From assembly GCA_964016885.1 (NCBI GenBank), contig OZ024741.1:68076001-68140000 (forward strand): a DNA stretch of 64,000 nt. Reading direction: 5' to 3'. Numbering within the stretch: the first letter of the stretch is position 1; the number at the start of each line of letters is the position of its first letter. Source of the DNA: Eledone cirrhosa (taxonomy: Eukaryota). This document shows positions 36,168 through 48,521 of this stretch, in pieces. Both the position numbers and the translations under genes were made by a program. The notes under the pieces were generated by a model that was not told the DNA's origin, searched no databases, and was given only the letters and a program-made list of their open reading frames with translations.

Positions 36168-39100
36168 TCTTTGAGTCTCAGTCATTGATGTTAGTTAACT
36201 GGAAAGCTTGTTGAAATGAATATCAAGCCACTACCTGCAGCCTCAGATATTCAGGACGTATCGGAGGGTTCTTGCTGGTCCCAGCAAGCATGCCTTTTGA
36301 CGCGTTCCAAAAAGCGTGAAGGGGCCAATTTTCTTTAACCATCCCTGGAAACTTTTTGAGATAGTACCTAGTGCGCCTATGACAATCGGGACCACTTTGA
36401 CTTCATGGCAGTTCCAAATCCTTTTTACCTCCCACTTTAAGTCCTGGTATCGGTTAATTTTCTCCCTCTCCTTCTCTTGCACTCTCGTGTCGAATGGGCA
36501 GGCCACATCCACAATCAGGCACGATGTTTTTCTTTGTCCACAACCACCAGGTCAGGTCTATTGTGTTCCAGTTTCTTGTCCGTCTGTATCCTAAAATCGC
36601 ACAGCACCTTCACCTGATCGTTTTCTATCACCGCCTCTGGCTTATGCTCATACCACTTCTCAGAATGTGATAAATTGTTTACTTTGCATAGGTGCCAGTG
36701 GATCATCCTGCCCATCACATCATGTCTCCAGCCCTTATAGTGAGTCTGGGCTAGGTGTTTACACTCGGATACAAAGTGAGCCACAGTCTCCTCTCTCTCA
36801 CCACAAATCCTGCACAGTGGGCTAGCCTCCTCCTTGTAAATATGGTGTTTCAACCACTTCGTTTTGAGGGCCTGCTCTTGCGCAGCCATTAATATTCCTT
36901 CTGTAGCCTTTTTAAGGTCTCCTCTTTTCACCATTTCCATGTCTGTGGATCTCTGAATTCAGTTTTCTCAAAGAAGGTACTATGAAGGGATTTTTCCTGA
37001 AAGCTGCTCTTTCTCCTTGATGTTATTTCCTCCTTGGACATCCCCTGGCCTACTGTCCCCTCCTTCAGTACAGTTCTGAGCATTGGCTCTTTACTATCAG
37101 TCACGTATTTGTGTAGGTTGTTTTTCTCCATCTGAACACAGTCCTCTATGCTGATAAGACCTCTTCCACCCTCAGATCTCCTTAAGTAGAGTCTATCGAC
37201 ATCACTCCTTTTGTGGAACATGTTGTAGATAGTCAATAGCTTCCTAGTCTTCCTATCCATTTCTTTTTGTTCAGCAACATTCCATCTCAGAATTCCCGCA
37301 CTGTACCTAATAATAGACACAGCTCGGGAATTTACTGCGCTTATGGCATTTCTGCTGTTCAGATGTGACTTCAATACGCTCCTTACTCTCCGAATGTATT
37401 CAGTTCTTAACAATTCCTTCATTTTTTTGTTCTTTATGCCATCAGCTTCCAGAACGCCCAAATACTTGTATCCTTCTTCAGAGTCAATTTCCTTTATCAT
37501 CTCACCTGTTGTTATCTGGATCCCGTTACTTCTGCTCAACCTACCCCTCCTCATCACAAGGACTCCACACTTACTAATACCAAACTGCATACATATATCA
37601 CTGCTGAAAATACGGACAGTGTCAACAAGCACATCCAACTCCTTCTCACTCTTCCCGAAGAGCTTAAGATCGTCCATGAAGAGGAGGTGATTGATGGTAA
37701 GCGCTCCCTTTCCCAACCTGTATCCTGCTCTCACTTTTCGCAGTACACTGGTCAGGGGCATCAGGGCAAGGACACACAACAGAGGGGACAGGCTATCTCC
37801 CTGGAAGATACCTCTCTTGATCTTCACGCTTCCCAAGGATTCTCCAGTTGATGTTAACTCTGTTTCCCAGGACTTCATACTTTTGCCCAACAACTGTCTG
37901 ATGTTATCTGCCATCTGGAAGATCTCCAGGCTGTTGGTGATCCAAGAATGAGGCACCATGTCAAATGCCTTTGTGTAGTCTATCCATCCCATGGCAAGAC
38001 CAGTGTGTCTCCTCTTGCAATTCCCCATTACCATCTTATCAATAAGTAACTGGTCCTTTGTACCACGTGACTTCTTTCGGCATCCTTTCTGTTCGTCCGG
38101 TAACAAGTTGTTTGTGTGGAGGTGATGGTAGATTTCCTCAGACACAATGCTCGTCAACAGTTTCCACATTACGGACAGACATGTGATAGGTCTATAGTTG
38201 GTAACATCATTACCCTTGATTCGGTCTTTCATTATCCTGATTTGACCACTCAGTCGTTTCTTCCACCAAGGCTCTGCTCTTTCTTGTCTTTTTGCTCTTT
38301 CTTGTCTTTTATACCAAGTAGTTTCCTCACCGTATTTGCTGTTGCTTTGAGGATATTGTTGAACTGTTGAAGGCTCCTCGCCTCAAGGTATGGGATGACT
38401 TTGTTTACCTTAGCTGTTGTTTCTTTTAACTTTTTCCTGTCTACAAATCTTAGGTTCATAGGTCTCCCACTATCATTGTTCAATTCATCTACCACTAAAT
38501 TTAGGATATCAACCAAATCTTGTCCTAGCCCGTCAGCATTCATCTCCTCAGTGGCCGTATCTCTGTTCCAGGTATTATTTATCTCAGTATTCAGATCATT
38601 GTCTGCTTCGGGTGGTTCCTCCGTTCTCTCGACCTCTTCACCTTCATTTCCCACTGGCTCGTTTGCCTGGCATACTCCACCCTCCATCTCCAAGCTAATT
38701 TCTCTGCTCAGTTCCTCCAGTTCCAGCTCGCTTATCCACCCATTAGTTCTTATTACCCGAGCCTGCCCGGCTAATTTTTGTTCATCTAATTTAAATAGAC
38801 CAATCTCGTTCCAGATGTTATGCATCCGTTTCCTATAGCCCCTCTCCTTGGGGTTACTTTTCAGGTAATATTGCATAACAGTTCTATTCAATTCTTTCGT
38901 CCAGTTGGTTCTGGTCGCTTTCCTTCTTCTTCTTCCTCCGACACCAACAGTATTTGGTTGACAGCCAGGTCCCTGCTGCTGAGCCAGGGAGCACCTGTTG
39001 GGTGAGAGTCTGTCACATGACGTTCTAGTCTCCATTTCACCGTTATTCGAACTGTTTAGGTTCGACATTTAAACACTCTTATCGAGGATTGGCGAATGTA

Positions 39101-40012
39101 TGGTTACATAACCACCGGTGGATTCACCCCCTCCGGTGGTTGCGTCACTCCACGTGGCTCTTGTGGGGCATTATCACGCTGTAGACGAACACAAATAAAC
39201 AAACAAACAGGCAGAAAAAAACCCAAAAATGAATAAGCATAAGTTTCATTATAATGTAGTGTTCGAAAGACTGACTTATTTTTTCCCTTCCCTTCTCTGT
39301 CCGTCCGTTTGTTTCTCTCTTCATTCTTATTTTCTTTACGTTTTTTTTTTTTTTTGTTTTTTTTTTTTGTTGTTGTTGCTGTGCTGCTTTGATTTTGATT
39401 TTTGTTTTTTCTTTTGAGTCTATCTATATATTTTGATGCCTTCCTCTTTTTTAGTAGGAATCCTACAATGTGGTGGCGGTGCTGTGCTAGCAGCAACTAG
39501 CAGGAGGTAGTGGGAGAGAATAGCGGCGGTAGCGATACTGAGGCAGTGGTGGTGGTGATGTGGTCGTATTACTGTAGTGATGGTGTTGTAGTTGGGGTAT
39601 AAATTTGAGTCAATTTGACCAGAGTTTTCATCGTGGTAGTGGTGGTGGTATTGGTGGTGAAATAATAATCTGTAGTCGTTTAGTAGTGGTGGTGATGTGG
39701 TCGTATTACTGTAGTGATGGTGTTGTAGTTGGGGTATAAATTTGAGTCGATTTGACCAGAGTTTTCATCGTGGTAGTGGTGGTGGTATTGGTGGTGAAAT
39801 AATAATCTGTAGTCGTTTAGTAGTGGTGGTGATGTGGTCGTATTACTGTAGTGATGGTGTTGTAGTTGGGGTATAAATTTGAGTCGATTTGACCAGAGTT
39901 TTCATCATGGTAGTGGTGGTGGTATTGGTGGTGAAATAATAATCTGTAGTCGTTTAGTCATTTTGCCATTTTCGACTCCAACATTCCTGATCCAAAATTA
40001 AATATTAATCTT
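36168..40012 (-). mobile_element. Dong/R4-like element (family A), internally deleted and frameshifted
   Basis: ORF pieces 38250-39068, 36928-38232, 36515-36940, 36243-36512 are homologous to 52592-55984; (TAA)n tail. Confidence 0.9.
39548..39958. repeat. 3 x 137-bp tandem repeat in the 5' region of the Dong element
   Basis: TCGTATTACTGTAGTGATGG at 39564, 39701 and 39838. Confidence 0.9.
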
Positions 40013-40247
40013 GTTTATTATTATTATTATTATTGAATGCCATGGTTGACGGAGGCTCGGCTCTGTAAGGTATAGTAATTTTTAACCGTTAAAACAATTG
40101 TAAATTGTTTAAAACTTGAACCAAATTGTTGATAAAGACACCCTCCTCCTCGTGAGAGGGGTCTTTCTGTCCGTTATTTGGCCCTTCGGGGTTAAATAAC
40201 CAGTTATTGGGGTTTTGTACCCAAAATTTCATTTTAAACAAAAAAAC

Positions 40248-42335
40248 ATGGCTACCAAAAAGAAATTTCATACGTCACTCCCACTCATTCCGTCTTCTTC
40301 TTCCTCAATCATCACTACAGCAGAGAGAAGATTGTCTCTCTCCCTCCCTTCTTTAAATGTGTCTCTCTCCCTCCCTTCTCTTTCGCAAGCGACGAAAGAA
40401 AAGAAAAGTCTCGTGCAAAGCGTGCAAGGTTTCTCCACGACGACGACAGCGACGAAACAGGTGTGCGGGAAATACGAAAACCCAGTTCATTCGTCTGACG
40501 TCAGGAATAAAAGCAGTAGCAGCCGTAATAACAACAGCAACAGTGACAATGAAAACAACAGTAGCAGCCGCAACAGCATCACCAGCAGCATAAACAACAA
40601 CAGCATTAGCAGCAGCAACACCAACAACAACCACAGCAACAGCGGCGGAGGCAGTAGTCGTAGTACCTGCAGCAACAAAAGTACCAGCAGCTCTGACGAC
40701 AACAACAACAGCAGAGAAAAACCAATCTCATTTGCAGGTATTGCGAAAAACCTGGAAACAATCCTCATAACAAATGAGGAATTAGAGGAAGCGAAGAAGA
40801 TGGTGACAAAGAACGGACACCGAGCAATCTGCAAGGCAGCGAAAAATTTTTTCGAAACCCAAGAGCACTGTACGGTCACGTACCGTACAGTAAGTACAAA
40901 ATCCCGTAGGGTGGAAAGAGCCACAGAGGCCCAAATACAAAAAGCCTTGGGGTCTGTGTGGCAGAGGAAAACGCACATCACCCGAGGCAAAAAATACGCC
41001 ACCGTAGACGTACTTTTTGCCACACCCCAGGAGGCAAAGGCCCAATCAGTAGTGACCCTAAGGAGCGAGGAAATGGTGTTGGTGCCCTCCTACTGCGGGC
41101 AAAAAATTGTGAGGGTCAAACTGACCCACGTCCCTCCCGGAATGACCCCTTCTTGGCTGGCCGCGTCTGTCCTCGTCGGAATCGAGGACAAAACAACTGT
41201 ACTGCAAGTACAGAAAAAAGTAAGAGAAGATTGGGTCGGCTCCTCCATTGAGATGCTAATCCAAACCAACCAGGAGTGCATCGAAGCTATCCCGGATGTG
41301 ATAGACTTCGATAACGGCACTCAACTGCCCATAAGTGTTGAGGGCAAACGCCCGAAATGCTTTCGCTGTGGATCGAAGACTCACCTCAGGGCCTTCTGCA
41401 ACGAGAAGACCATGAGAAAGGAGAAAACCCCCCTCCTCCCGAATCCGGTTCCACGGCTACCAGCAACAGGACAAGCGGCAACCAGGAATGATAGGTCCGT
41501 GGCACCCATACCCACTCCACGGAAATCAAAGACAGCAGCAGTGGAAATATTAACAACAACAACAGCAATACCAAATGCAGCTGCAACAGAGACTCCAGTG
41601 CAAACATCACCAACAACAACAAGTGAAAGAGTGGAGCTGGTACCCCTCCCCGACCTTACAGAATCAGACATGGAGTGTGAGGTGGGAGAGGGATGGCAAA
41701 AGGTCTCAAGAAGGCACAAACGCAGAAGCAGCGCATCGTCGCCTTTGAAAAGGGAGGAAAGAAATGAGAAAAGGGTAAAGTCTACTGCAAAGAGACCCAC
41801 AGCAGCAACACCACCAACACCATCACCACCCACACCAGCACCACCATCACCACCGGCAACAACCCCACCGCCAACAACACCTTCAACACCACCACCACAA
41901 GCACCAACATCGCAAACACAACAACAAAACACACACACCCAGCAACAACGACAAGAAAATAGCAGAACCACACCCCACCCCCAGAAAAACAAATGCACGG
42001 CAATAAACACACACAACAAGAAACTAATGACTTACATAATTGAACACACAGACATTTCACAACAGGACTACATAATACCAGCACCAATCAAAACGCCAAC
42101 TAACATAAGACTGCTAAAAATAGCACAGAAACAATACACAAACATTAAAACGAAATTCCCCAACGCAGTTGGTGATTTCAGGGACCTAGGAGGAACCATT
42201 AATCGAAGAGTATATTCAGACATTCTCTTAGAAGAGCCGACGACCAGCCGAAGGGACGATTCAACGGTCCCTTCACCAGACGATCAAGTGAAAAGGGATG
42301 TAAAAACCATCCCTCCTCTACCAAAAGTACGGTAA
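40248..42335 (+). CDS. LINE ORF1
   Basis: ATG at 40248 (MATKKK); Ser/Asn-rich N-terminus; CCHC knuckle CFRCGSKTHLRAFC; Pro/Thr-rich tail. Confidence 0.9.
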   Translation: MATKKKFHTSLPLIPSSSSSIITTAERRLSLSLPSLNVSLSLPSLSQATKEKKSLVQSVQGFSTTTTATKQVCGKYENPVHSSDVRNKSSSSRNNNSNSDNENNSSSRNSITSSINNNSISSSNTNNNHSNSGGGSSRSTCSNKSTSSSDDNNNSREKPISFAGIAKNLETILITNEELEEAKKMVTKNGHRAICKAAKNFFETQEHCTVTYRTVSTKSRRVERATEAQIQKALGSVWQRKTHITRGKKYATVDVLFATPQEAKAQSVVTLRSEEMVLVPSYCGQKIVRVKLTHVPPGMTPSWLAASVLVGIEDKTTVLQVQKKVREDWVGSSIEMLIQTNQECIEAIPDVIDFDNGTQLPISVEGKRPKCFRCGSKTHLRAFCNEKTMRKEKTPLLPNPVPRLPATGQAATRNDRSVAPIPTPRKSKTAAVEILTTTTAIPNAAATETPVQTSPTTTSERVELVPLPDLTESDMECEVGEGWQKVSRRHKRRSSASSPLKREERNEKRVKSTAKRPTAATPPTPSPPTPAPPSPPATTPPPTTPSTPPPQAPTSQTQQQNTHTQQQRQENSRTTPHPQKNKCTAINTHNKKLMTYIIEHTDISQQDYIIPAPIKTPTNIRLLKIAQKQYTNIKTKFPNAVGDFRDLGGTINRRVYSDILLEEPTTSRRDDSTVPSPDDQVKRDVKTIPPLPKVR

Positions 42336-42370
42336 GTGGTCTTTCCCATCTTTTCCACTCTATTTTAAAC

Positions 42371-45300
42371 ATGACCTCACTCAGAATAGGCAGCATAAAT
42401 GCGCGTGGCTTGGGGTCGTCATGGAAGCAGGGTCACCTGCTCAACGACCTCAGGTCACTAAACATAGATGTAGTGGCCATCAGCGAGACCAGAATCTCCG
42501 AAGCACGGGCCTTCGCACCGATCTTCGGCGGCTACGATGTGTACGCATCTCCCAGCCGTCCTGGATCCGGTGGAGGAGTTGCTGTGCTTTTTCGGAGAGG
42601 TTTGGATCTCGCCATACGGGCCATCTTCCTGGACCCAGAGGGTAAGCTGGTGGTGCTGGACGTGACCAGCGGAGACGGGCAAGCTTTCAGGCTAGTGGCC
42701 GTCTATGCCCCGACAGGAGCAGGGCGGCCTGATTTCTTCCGGCGTCTGGAGACCTTTCTTGGAACGTCCCGCTCTTTAGTGTTAGTGGGCGACTGGAACG
42801 GGATCTTAGATGCACGCTGGGACTGTGTGGGATTAGCGGATAGGGGTGGAGGGTGCAAGAGCCTCACCAACCTGCTCAGGCGTTTTGAACTGTCTGACAG
42901 GTACCGATTGGATTTCCCGAATGTGCCAATGTGGACTTGGACAAACCGCATAGGGTCATCCAGATCATATCTAGATAGAGTATTTTGTAGGGAAATAGAT
43001 AGGTCTAGCATAGGCTGTCCACAATTCAAGATAGTCAGCTACACGGACCACAAATTCGTGACCTGTGTGCTTGACTTAGATAGGCTTCATAGACGAGGAC
43101 CCGGCTACTGGAAGCTAAACGCGTCCTTACCAGCGCGCAAGGCCTACAGAGACCGGATTAGCGAACTAGTTAAGCGGGCGTTGACGGGGGCCATCGTCAA
43201 CAACAAGTGGTGGTTTGCTCTGAAAAGAGCGATTAGAATAGAATCGATTAGGTTTAGTAAGGCTTTAGCAATAGAGAAAAATAGAGCAGAGGGAGAACTA
43301 GTTAGAAAATTAGACGAGGCGCTTAGCAAAGGCATTGCGACCGACGTGCTTGCGGCGAAATTGGCCCTTGACCAATTCTTCAATGCAAAGCACGAAGGCT
43401 GCGTTGTCAGAGCTAGGGTGCGTGCTCTCAGACACGAGGGGACGAAAGCCGTTCAATGGGCCCGAGTGGCGGAGGCGCGTCGTGGCAACAAAGCCACGAT
43501 CCGGTCTTTGGTGGACCACGACGGGCGCATGCTACTCGATCCCGGGCAAATGTGTGAAGCTTTTCAGCGACACTTCGCTCAGCTGTTCGGGGGCAGCGGG
43601 GGGCCGGGTAGAGGGATGGACTTTAGTGTCTACCTCGACGGACTGCCGCGGCTCTCGGCCACTGAGGCGAAGTGTTGCGAAAAGCCGATAACAGCCGCTG
43701 AAGTACGGGAGGCAATGACTGGCTGCACAAGGGGTAAATCGCCTGGTTTGGATGGTCTGCCCTATGAACTTTACGTACAGATGCCAGACTTGTTCGGAGG
43801 CCTCTTGGCGGACGTCTACTGCAACTGGCAACAGAACGGGAGAATTCCCAGTTCTGTGAGCCGAGGAGCGGTGGCACTGCTGAGAAAGGATCCGAACAAG
43901 GGGGATAACATAGACAATTTCCGGCCCATAACTCTGCTAAACACAGAGTTTAAGATTTTGGCCAAGGTGCTAGCAAAGAGGTTGGCGCTTGTCGTTGGTG
44001 GTCTGGTGGGAGAGGCGCAGACATGCGCCATTCCCGACAGATCCATCCACGACAACCTCCACCTCATGCGATACATCGTAGAGAGGGTAGCTAGGGAACC
44101 TGGCACGGGTGGGTCCTTGATCAATTTAGATCAGTCGAAAGCTTTCGATAGGGTCGACCATCGTTACCTAGCGGCAGTCCTGAGGGCGGCTGGCTTTGGG
44201 CCCGTCTTCAGAGGCTGGATCGCTGCCATGCACAGCGACATCTGCTCTGTGGTGAGAGTGAACGGTCACCTGTCGGAACCGTTCAACATCATGCGCTCGG
44301 TCCGCCAAGGATGTCCCCTCTCGTCCCTCTTGTACGTATTGACTCTCGAGCCATTACTGCACAAACTGGAGACGTTGAGGGGAGTCCCGCGCGAACTAGG
44401 ATGCGGAAGATCCGTGTCAGCATATGCGGACGATGTCACCGTAGTGGTGTCGAACGCCAAACACATCGAGGCGATCGGCACTACACTAAGAGAATACGAA
44501 GCGGTGACAGGAGCAATGATCAACCAGGAAAAGTCAGTGGGCCTGCAGCTCGGCACCTGGAGAGGCAGGTCCATGCCGTCCAACAGCGTCGTCGGGCGCT
44601 GGACGGACGGACCGGTTAAATTGCTAGGGGTCTGGTTCGGTCCGGACCTCCAGACGGACAAAAACTGGGACGAGGTGACGAGCAGGGTGGCTTCTCTCAC
44701 CCAGAAATGGGCGGAGAGGAAGCTATCCCTGAAAGGTCGAGCGGAGGTGGCTAACGCGTACATCGCGTCTGTCATCTGCTACCGCCTAACCGTCGTACCT
44801 TGTCCTAAGCCTCGCCTGACTGCGCTGGAGCGTTTGCTCTTTCGCTTTTTGTGGAAGGGACGTGCTCCGATGGTCAGGCGGTCCATCTGTTGTCAACACC
44901 CGCTACGTGGAGGGCTGGGCATGCCGTGGCTGATGATGCGCAGGCACGCGCTCAGGCTACGACATCTCCACCTCTTCCTCGACGGTGATCAGGTGTGGTC
45001 GCCGTTTGCTAGACGCGTTTTTCCCCAGCTCGTTTCCTTGACGGAGCTGCAGTCCTGGGTCAAGCGAAGACCGAGAGGGAGCGCCTGGAGACTGGAATGT
45101 CTTCAGGCGCTCACAGCCCTCGACCAATCGGGCAATGTGATCGGTGGAAACTCCACCTCGGCGTTCTATAGAGGATTAGTGGAGGGGAAGAGCGACGACG
45201 TACTTGGGGAAACTCTAGGCGTCGACGAAAATCAACTAGCCAATCTCTTCGGAAGAACTTTCGGGCCAGGGCCTATGGACAACTTCCAGAAATCTCTGGC

Positions 45301-45790
45301 CTGGCAGTGCTACCGAGGAGCCTTGCCAGTTCGGGATAAACTCTACAGGCATGGAGGTGCCGTCAGCCGGGCATGTCCGAGATGCGCGCAGGGCGACGAA
45401 ACCGTCCTGCACGCACTCGTCCAGTGTCCGAAAATTGCTGACTTGTGGGTTTATGTCGAACACCTGCTGTCGCGTTTAGGACGGATCCAGCTATCATCTG
45501 AGTCTATCGTGAGGATTGCCCCGCCCTCCTCCTTTAGCCGGGAAGGGCAGGCAGTTTTTATCTGTCTGGTGGCCATGGCGAAAGAGATAGTATGGTGGAC
45601 ACGTTTGAAAGGGCTGAAGACGAGCACTTACCACTTCGGTGATGCTCTGATTGACTTTTTCAAATTTCATTTGAAAAGGAAAATCAGAGTAGAGAAGGAA
45701 GTGCTCTCTTCCCAGCATTTTGTTGAAAGATGGGTGAGAGAAGCAAGAATGGCCCGAGTGAATGGGCCGACTCTGAGTATATATCTGTAA
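42371..45790 (+). CDS. LINE ORF2: APE endonuclease + RT + zinc finger
   Basis: NARGL, GDWN, YLDR, TDH; KAFD, QGCPLS, YADD; CPRC..ET..H..C. Confidence 0.95.
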   Translation: MTSLRIGSINARGLGSSWKQGHLLNDLRSLNIDVVAISETRISEARAFAPIFGGYDVYASPSRPGSGGGVAVLFRRGLDLAIRAIFLDPEGKLVVLDVTSGDGQAFRLVAVYAPTGAGRPDFFRRLETFLGTSRSLVLVGDWNGILDARWDCVGLADRGGGCKSLTNLLRRFELSDRYRLDFPNVPMWTWTNRIGSSRSYLDRVFCREIDRSSIGCPQFKIVSYTDHKFVTCVLDLDRLHRRGPGYWKLNASLPARKAYRDRISELVKRALTGAIVNNKWWFALKRAIRIESIRFSKALAIEKNRAEGELVRKLDEALSKGIATDVLAAKLALDQFFNAKHEGCVVRARVRALRHEGTKAVQWARVAEARRGNKATIRSLVDHDGRMLLDPGQMCEAFQRHFAQLFGGSGGPGRGMDFSVYLDGLPRLSATEAKCCEKPITAAEVREAMTGCTRGKSPGLDGLPYELYVQMPDLFGGLLADVYCNWQQNGRIPSSVSRGAVALLRKDPNKGDNIDNFRPITLLNTEFKILAKVLAKRLALVVGGLVGEAQTCAIPDRSIHDNLHLMRYIVERVAREPGTGGSLINLDQSKAFDRVDHRYLAAVLRAAGFGPVFRGWIAAMHSDICSVVRVNGHLSEPFNIMRSVRQGCPLSSLLYVLTLEPLLHKLETLRGVPRELGCGRSVSAYADDVTVVVSNAKHIEAIGTTLREYEAVTGAMINQEKSVGLQLGTWRGRSMPSNSVVGRWTDGPVKLLGVWFGPDLQTDKNWDEVTSRVASLTQKWAERKLSLKGRAEVANAYIASVICYRLTVVPCPKPRLTALERLLFRFLWKGRAPMVRRSICCQHPLRGGLGMPWLMMRRHALRLRHLHLFLDGDQVWSPFARRVFPQLVSLTELQSWVKRRPRGSAWRLECLQALTALDQSGNVIGGNSTSAFYRGLVEGKSDDVLGETLGVDENQLANLFGRTFGPGPMDNFQKSLAWQCYRGALPVRDKLYRHGGAVSRACPRCAQGDETVLHALVQCPKIADLWVYVEHLLSRLGRIQLSSESIVRIAPPSSFSREGQAVFICLVAMAKEIVWWTRLKGLKTSTYHFGDALIDFFKFHLKRKIRVEKEVLSSQHFVERWVREARMARVNGPTLSIYL

Positions 45791-46050
45791 ACTAAAGGTG
45801 GAAAACTGGGAGAGGGCACTTGCCTTGGTGGTCAGGGTCATTGTGGCTTTTTACTGGGCTTTCTCCACAAATGTCCCTCCGAAGTCTCCCCCCTATTGGG
45901 GAATTTTTCATTGTTATTTTCATTGTTATTTTTGTTACATCCTCTGTTTTTGTTTTTTTACACGCAGAAATGCCCATTTGTACCGTCCTGCATTGTCCTG
46001 CACTGTCCTTAATGTCTACTTTATGTAAACCCTTGTGGTTAATAAAGAAA

Positions 46051-46088
<38 letters not shown>

Positions 46089-46106
46089 GTTATTATTGTT
46101 GTTATT

Positions 46107-48500
46107 CCTTGAATCTCAGTCATTGATGTTGGTTAACTGGAAAGTCCGTTGGATTGAATATCAAGCCACTACCTGCAGCCTCAGATATTCAGGACGTATC
46201 GGAGGGTTCTTGCTGTTCCAAGCAAGCATGCCTTTTGAAGCGTTCCAATATCAAGATCGTTTTCTATCACCGCCTCTGGCTTATGCTCATACCACTTCTC
46301 AGAATGTGGTAAATTGTTTACTTTGCATAGGTGCCAGTGGATCATCCTGCCCATCACATCATGTCTCCAGCCCTTATAGTGGGTCTGGGCTAGGTGTTTA
46401 CACTCGGACACAATGTGAGCCACAGTCTCCTCTCTCTCTCCACAGATCCTGCACAGTGGGCTAGCCTCCTCCTTGTTAATATGGTGCTTCAACCACTTCG
46501 TTTTGAGGGCCTGCTCCTGCGCAGCCATTAGCATTCCTTCTGTAGCCTTTTTGAGGTCTCCTCTTCTCAACCAGTTCCATGTCTGTGGATCTCTAAATTC
46601 AGTTTTCTCAAAGAAGGTACTATGAAGGGATTTTCCCTTAAGGCTGCTCTTCCCCCTTGATGTTATTTCCTCCTTGGACATCCCCTGGCCTACTGTCCCA
46701 TCCTTCAGTACAGTTCTGAGCATTGGCTCCTTACTATAGGTCACGTATTTGTATAGGTTGTTTTTCTCCATCTGAACACAGTCCTCTATGCTGATAAGAC
46801 CTCTTCCACCCTCAGATCTCCTTAGGTAGAGTCTATCGACATCACTCCTCTTGTGGAACATGTTGTAGATAGTCAATAGCTTCCTAGTCTTCCTATCCAT
46901 TTCTTTTTGTTCAGCAACATTCCATCTCAGAATTCCCGCACTGTACCTAATAATAGACACAGCTCGGGAATTTACTGCGCTTATGGCATTTCTGCTGTTC
47001 AGATGTGACTTCAATACGCTCCTTACTCTCCGAATGTATTCAGTTCTTAACAATTCTTTCATTTTTTTTGTTCTTTATGCCATCAGCCGCCAGAACGCCC
47101 AAATACTTGTATCCTTCCTCAGAGTCAATTTCCTTTATCATCTCACCTGTTGGTATGTGGATCCCGTTATTTCTGCTCAACCTACCCCTCCTCAGCACAA
47201 TGACTCCACATTTACCAATACCAAACTGCATACATATATCACTGCTGAAAATACGGACAGTGTCAACAAGCACATCCAACTCCTTCTCACTTTTCCCGAA
47301 GAGCTTAAGATCGTCCATGAAGAGGAGGTGATTGATGGTAAGCTCTCCCCTTCCCAACTTGTATCCTGCTCTCACTTTTCGCAGCATAATGGTCAAGGGC
47401 ATCAGGGCAAGGACAAACAACAGAGGGGACAGGCTATCTCCCTGGAAGATACCTCTCTTGATCTTCACGCTTCCCAAGGATACTCCAGTTGATGTCAACT
47501 CTGTCTCCCAGGACCCCATACTCCTGCCTAGCAACTGTCTGATGTTATCTGCCACCTTGAAGATCTCCAGGCTTTTGGTGATCCAAGAATGAGGCACCAT
47601 GTCAAATGCCTTTGTGTAGTCTATCCATCCCATGGCAAGATCAGTGTGTCTCCTCCTGCAATTCCCCATTACCATCTTATCAATAAGTAACTGGTCCTTT
47701 GTACCACGTGACTTCTTTCGGCATCCTTTCTGTTCGTCCGGTAACAAGTTGTTTGTGTGGAGGTGATGGTAGATTTCCTCAGACACAATGCTCGTCAACA
47801 GTTTCCACATTACGGACAGACATGTGATAGGTCTATAGTTGGTAACATCATTACCCTTGATTCGGTCTTTCATTATCAGAACTGTGGTGCCTTTTGTCAA
47901 CCACTCTGGCACCTCACCCGACACCAAGCAGTCATTGAACATGGCCGTCAGCTTCGGGTGGAGGGATGTTAAATGTTTAATCCAATACCCCTGCACACCA
48001 TCTGGGCCTGGTGATTTCCAGTTGGTTAGTTTTTTGGCCTGCCCCTTAAGAGTTTCAACTGTGATACTCAAATCAGTTTGTTGTTGTGCCTGCTCACCGA
48101 TCTCCCTCTGTACTGTCTCAATCCACCCTGCCTGGACATTATGTCTAACATCCTGCTCCCATATTCCTCTCCAGAATGTTTTAGTTTGCTCCGCCCCAGG
48201 GATCAAGTTGTTGCCTCTTTCTTTCCCCTCAAGCTGTCCAAACAGCATCTTCTGGTTGTTGTCGAACATGCGGTTCTGTTTATACAGACTGACTCTGTTC
48301 TCGTATCGCCTGATTTTGGCACTCTTTGCTACAATGCGTTGCTTCAGTTCCTCTATGATAATATTTAGCTTTTTCCTCCTAGTTTTGTATTTTATTTCCA
48401 GTCTATTTTTAGTGCCTATGTTTTTTAGTGTCCCATTCAGTAGTGACTCAAGCTTTCCTATGTCATTTCTCATTTCCCCGATTTGCCCCCGATTTGCCCA
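46107..48500 (-). mobile_element. 5'-truncated Dong/R4-like element (family A) with frameshift and RLE-domain deletion
   Basis: ORFs 47040-48473 and 46181-47062; the sequence jumps from VIEND to GTLQKACL. Confidence 0.9.
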
Positions 48501-48521
48501 TTATTATTATTATTATTATTA

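Larger units (their letters stand above)
40035..46052 (+). mobile_element. Full-length intact Tx1/L1-clade LINE in (TTA)n
   Basis: ORF1 plus ORF2 open; AATAAAGAAATC(ATT)n tail; (TTA)n at the 5' junction. Confidence 0.95.

Noticed and set aside
39548-39958. CRISPR-like periodicity (also the 471-bp and 325-bp arrays)
   Set aside because: Whole units repeat with no unique spacers; eukaryotic context, no cas genes
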